From positions 1 through 52,230 of the forward strand of contig JBHLMG010000016.1 of NCBI GenBank assembly GCA_048938385.1: a stretch of DNA of 52,230 nucleotides, read 5' to 3'. The notes beneath the pieces were generated by a model. The model was not told where the DNA came from. It saw nothing but the letters and a program-made list of their open reading frames with translations, and made no database searches. Position 1 is the stretch's first letter; every line of letters starts with the position of its first letter. The position numbers and the translations under genes were made by a program. Shown one piece after another: positions 50,571-52,230 of this stretch. Source of the stretch: Promethearchaeota archaeon. Its GTDB lineage: Archaea; Asgardarchaeota; Hermodarchaeia; Hermodarchaeales; Hermodarchaeaceae.

Positions 50571-50756
50571 CTGCCAAAGCCGAAAGTCGAAGATTAAATT
50601 AATACTGCCCAACCAAGGGTGCCCCAAGATAAAGTGTGTCACCTTTGCCGTGTTAGCTTATCTACCACCGGACTAAAGACGACAATGGTATCCGTTCTTG
50701 TTGAATACATTTTTCAGTAAATTCCTTGAGTGATTAGAGATAAAGAGAGGTAGCCC

Positions 50757-51620
50757 ATGAAAATTACAATCATTGGAGTTCCGTTTAATGGAGATGGAAC
50801 GCCTCCTGAAGTTGAAAACCCAGCCCAATCCCTTAGAGACGAAGGGGTGATTTCCTTACTTCAGAACAAAGGACATCACCTAACTGATTTTGGCGATTTG
50901 CACATTCCTATGTTTTCAAATAAGAAAGATCTAATTACAAATGTTCTGAATTTTGATGCGTGGCGAGAGGTATCTCTGAGTTTATCCAGAACCCTAGGTG
51001 GTGAATTAGCTCAAGATAGTTTCCCGATTGTACTGGGCGGAGACTGTGCCATTCTAATGGGGATTTTTGATGCGTTCAATGTAATGAATCAACCTTTGAA
51101 CCTCTTCTTTCTCGACGGACACGCTGATTTTCACACTCTTGATACCTCAACAACTGGTGAACCTGCTGACTTGGAATTAGCCGCCTTGACAGGGCATTTG
51201 TCTAAGGAAATCGTCTACATGACGGGACGAGGTCCGTTACTGCATGAGAAAAATGTCATTGCATACGGAATAGGTGAACTCGACTCTATTGAAAGGTCGA
51301 ATATCATGTTTGTTGATCGCAGATCAATCTTAAAAGATGGGATTGAATCCACCTTTCGTCGAAGCCTTGGATCATTCCAGAATCCGGATTTGCCACTTTG
51401 GCTCCATTTTGATGTTGATGTCTTGGACAAAGAAATCATGCCAGCTATACAGTATCCTGTTGAGGGCGGTCTCTCATACAACGAAATCCAAGAATTGCTT
51501 ACTCTCATAAAGGAAAGAAACCAACTAATCGGAATGAGTATTACTTGTTACCATCCAAAGCTGGATTATGATAAAAAAGGAGTCAAAACGCTTCTTTTAC
51601 TTTTCAAGGAAATTTTCTAA
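50757..51620 (+). CDS. Arginase/ureohydrolase-family protein
   Basis: LGGDC, DGHADF, HFDVDVLD, P..GGLS. Confidence 0.88.
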   Translation: MKITIIGVPFNGDGTPPEVENPAQSLRDEGVISLLQNKGHHLTDFGDLHIPMFSNKKDLITNVLNFDAWREVSLSLSRTLGGELAQDSFPIVLGGDCAILMGIFDAFNVMNQPLNLFFLDGHADFHTLDTSTTGEPADLELAALTGHLSKEIVYMTGRGPLLHEKNVIAYGIGELDSIERSNIMFVDRRSILKDGIESTFRRSLGSFQNPDLPLWLHFDVDVLDKEIMPAIQYPVEGGLSYNEIQELLTLIKERNQLIGMSITCYHPKLDYDKKGVKTLLLLFKEIF

Positions 51621-51744
51621 GACAAGAATTTACGAAAAATTTACAAAAATGATGGAATGTGTCTTTAATAGCCTTACTAATAATCTTGACTTTTGGGATT
51701 TAATGGAGAGAAAGTCTGGAAGCTTTGTGGAGTAGACCATATTT

Positions 51745-51852
51745 AAGAAGGCGTTCTTGCGGGCGATAACCGATTTAATTTTTCACGGAGTTTTCTCGAG
51801 TGATAACGGGAAAAGTTAGTCCTCTTCTTATGCGGTTATCGCACCAGTAAAG
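51745..51852 (+). repeat. Intergenic structured repeat, copy 5 (similarity to copy 4 extends over about 51693-51896)
   Basis: GACCATATTTAAGAAGGCGTTCTTGCGGGCGATAACCG...CGGTTATCGCACCAGTAAAG; perfect 10-bp inverted repeat GCGATAACCG/CGGTTATCGC. Confidence 0.88.
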
Positions 51853-51993
51853 TTGCCAAGGCATAACACCGAAGATACATAATCTACCGAAGGGTGTAAC
51901 ACTCCTCAAGAGAAGCAAGTCATTAATTTAATCAATGGATGAATTTTAAACCAAAGGTGTTATACTACATTTGGTTCTTGTGAGAAGAAGAAG

Positions 51994-52230
51994 ATGGGAA
52001 TAAAGTTCAGGTTCATGAAAGCTTTCGTCATGAGATTCGGTATACCAAGAATCAAACGAATGATAGCAAAGCAGAGATCGCTACTTGAGAGACCTGAGAT
52101 TCTTCATCCGACACCAGACTCTCCGACAAGGTTCGAAATACCTCTGGAGATGCTGAATCTCCTTCAAGAGCGAGATGATATTGAAATGAGGCACTTGTTT
52201 CCCATTAGACGCCTTCTTTCGATTATGAAG
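51994..52230 (+). CDS. 5' part of a gene running off the window (MGIKFRFMKAFVMRFG...), product unknown
   Basis: 79 open codons from ATG 51994 to the window edge. Confidence 0.6.
   Translation, partial: MGIKFRFMKAFVMRFGIPRIKRMIAKQRSLLERPEILHPTPDSPTRFEIPLEMLNLLQERDDIEMRHLFPIRRLLSIMK

Noticed and set aside
50304-50597. 97-aa ORF spanning repeat copy 4 (also ORFs 47804-48067 and 46411-46596, and the 5' extension 39872-40060)
   Set aside because: Reading frames are not preserved between repeat copies (stops and indels), so these are most likely chance ORFs over a non-coding element
39826-51852. Repeat family as a CRISPR array
   Set aside because: Copies are 1.3-6.5 kb apart, separated by whole genes and diverged; there are no 30-40-nt spacers and no cas genes
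39826-51852. Repeat family as SECIS elements or riboswitches
   Set aside because: No neighbouring gene shows an in-frame TGA read-through pattern, the ATGA/GA quartet is not conserved, and copy 2 lies between convergent genes while copy 3 is antisense to both neighbours
39826-51852. Repeats as canonical integron attC sites
   Set aside because: RYYYAAC/GTTRRRY boxes are not conserved (AAC/GTT in copy 5 but GAC/GTC in copy 3) and no IntI is in the window; kept only as an analogy

Overview
The window looks like chromosomal DNA from an Asgard archaeon (Promethearchaeota). It combines archaeal core genes (apgM, cofD, cysS, serS, aspS, eS26, trmY, DGGGP synthase, archaetidylinositol-phosphate synthase, tRNA-Cys) with several eukaryotic-signature proteins: a gelsolin-domain protein, a roadblock/LC7 protein, a membrane-anchored longin-like protein, a CINP/C1orf109-like protein and two ESCRT-III subunits. 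I cannot assign the class. From 1 to about 32.5 kb the sequence is dense and housekeeping-like. It ends in a compact ESCRT locus: a Vps2/24/46-type and a Vps20/32/60-type ESCRT-III gene convergent on one multidomain protein (Zn fingers, helical region, PH/GLUE-like domain, steadiness box), with no Vps4 or ESCRT-II in the window. From about 32.5 kb to the end is an accessory region of transporters, membrane proteins and hydrolases with longer intergenic gaps. It carries at least five co-oriented copies of a ~105-bp intergenic repeat (39826, 46354, 47948, 50460, 51745). The repeat has a conserved multi-stem fold with a compensatory change and many G-T pairs, and it brackets one- or few-gene modules like a cassette array. 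This repeat system and the single-chain ESCRT adaptor locus are the best candidates for an undescribed system. All assignments come from reading motifs by eye; no searches were run.
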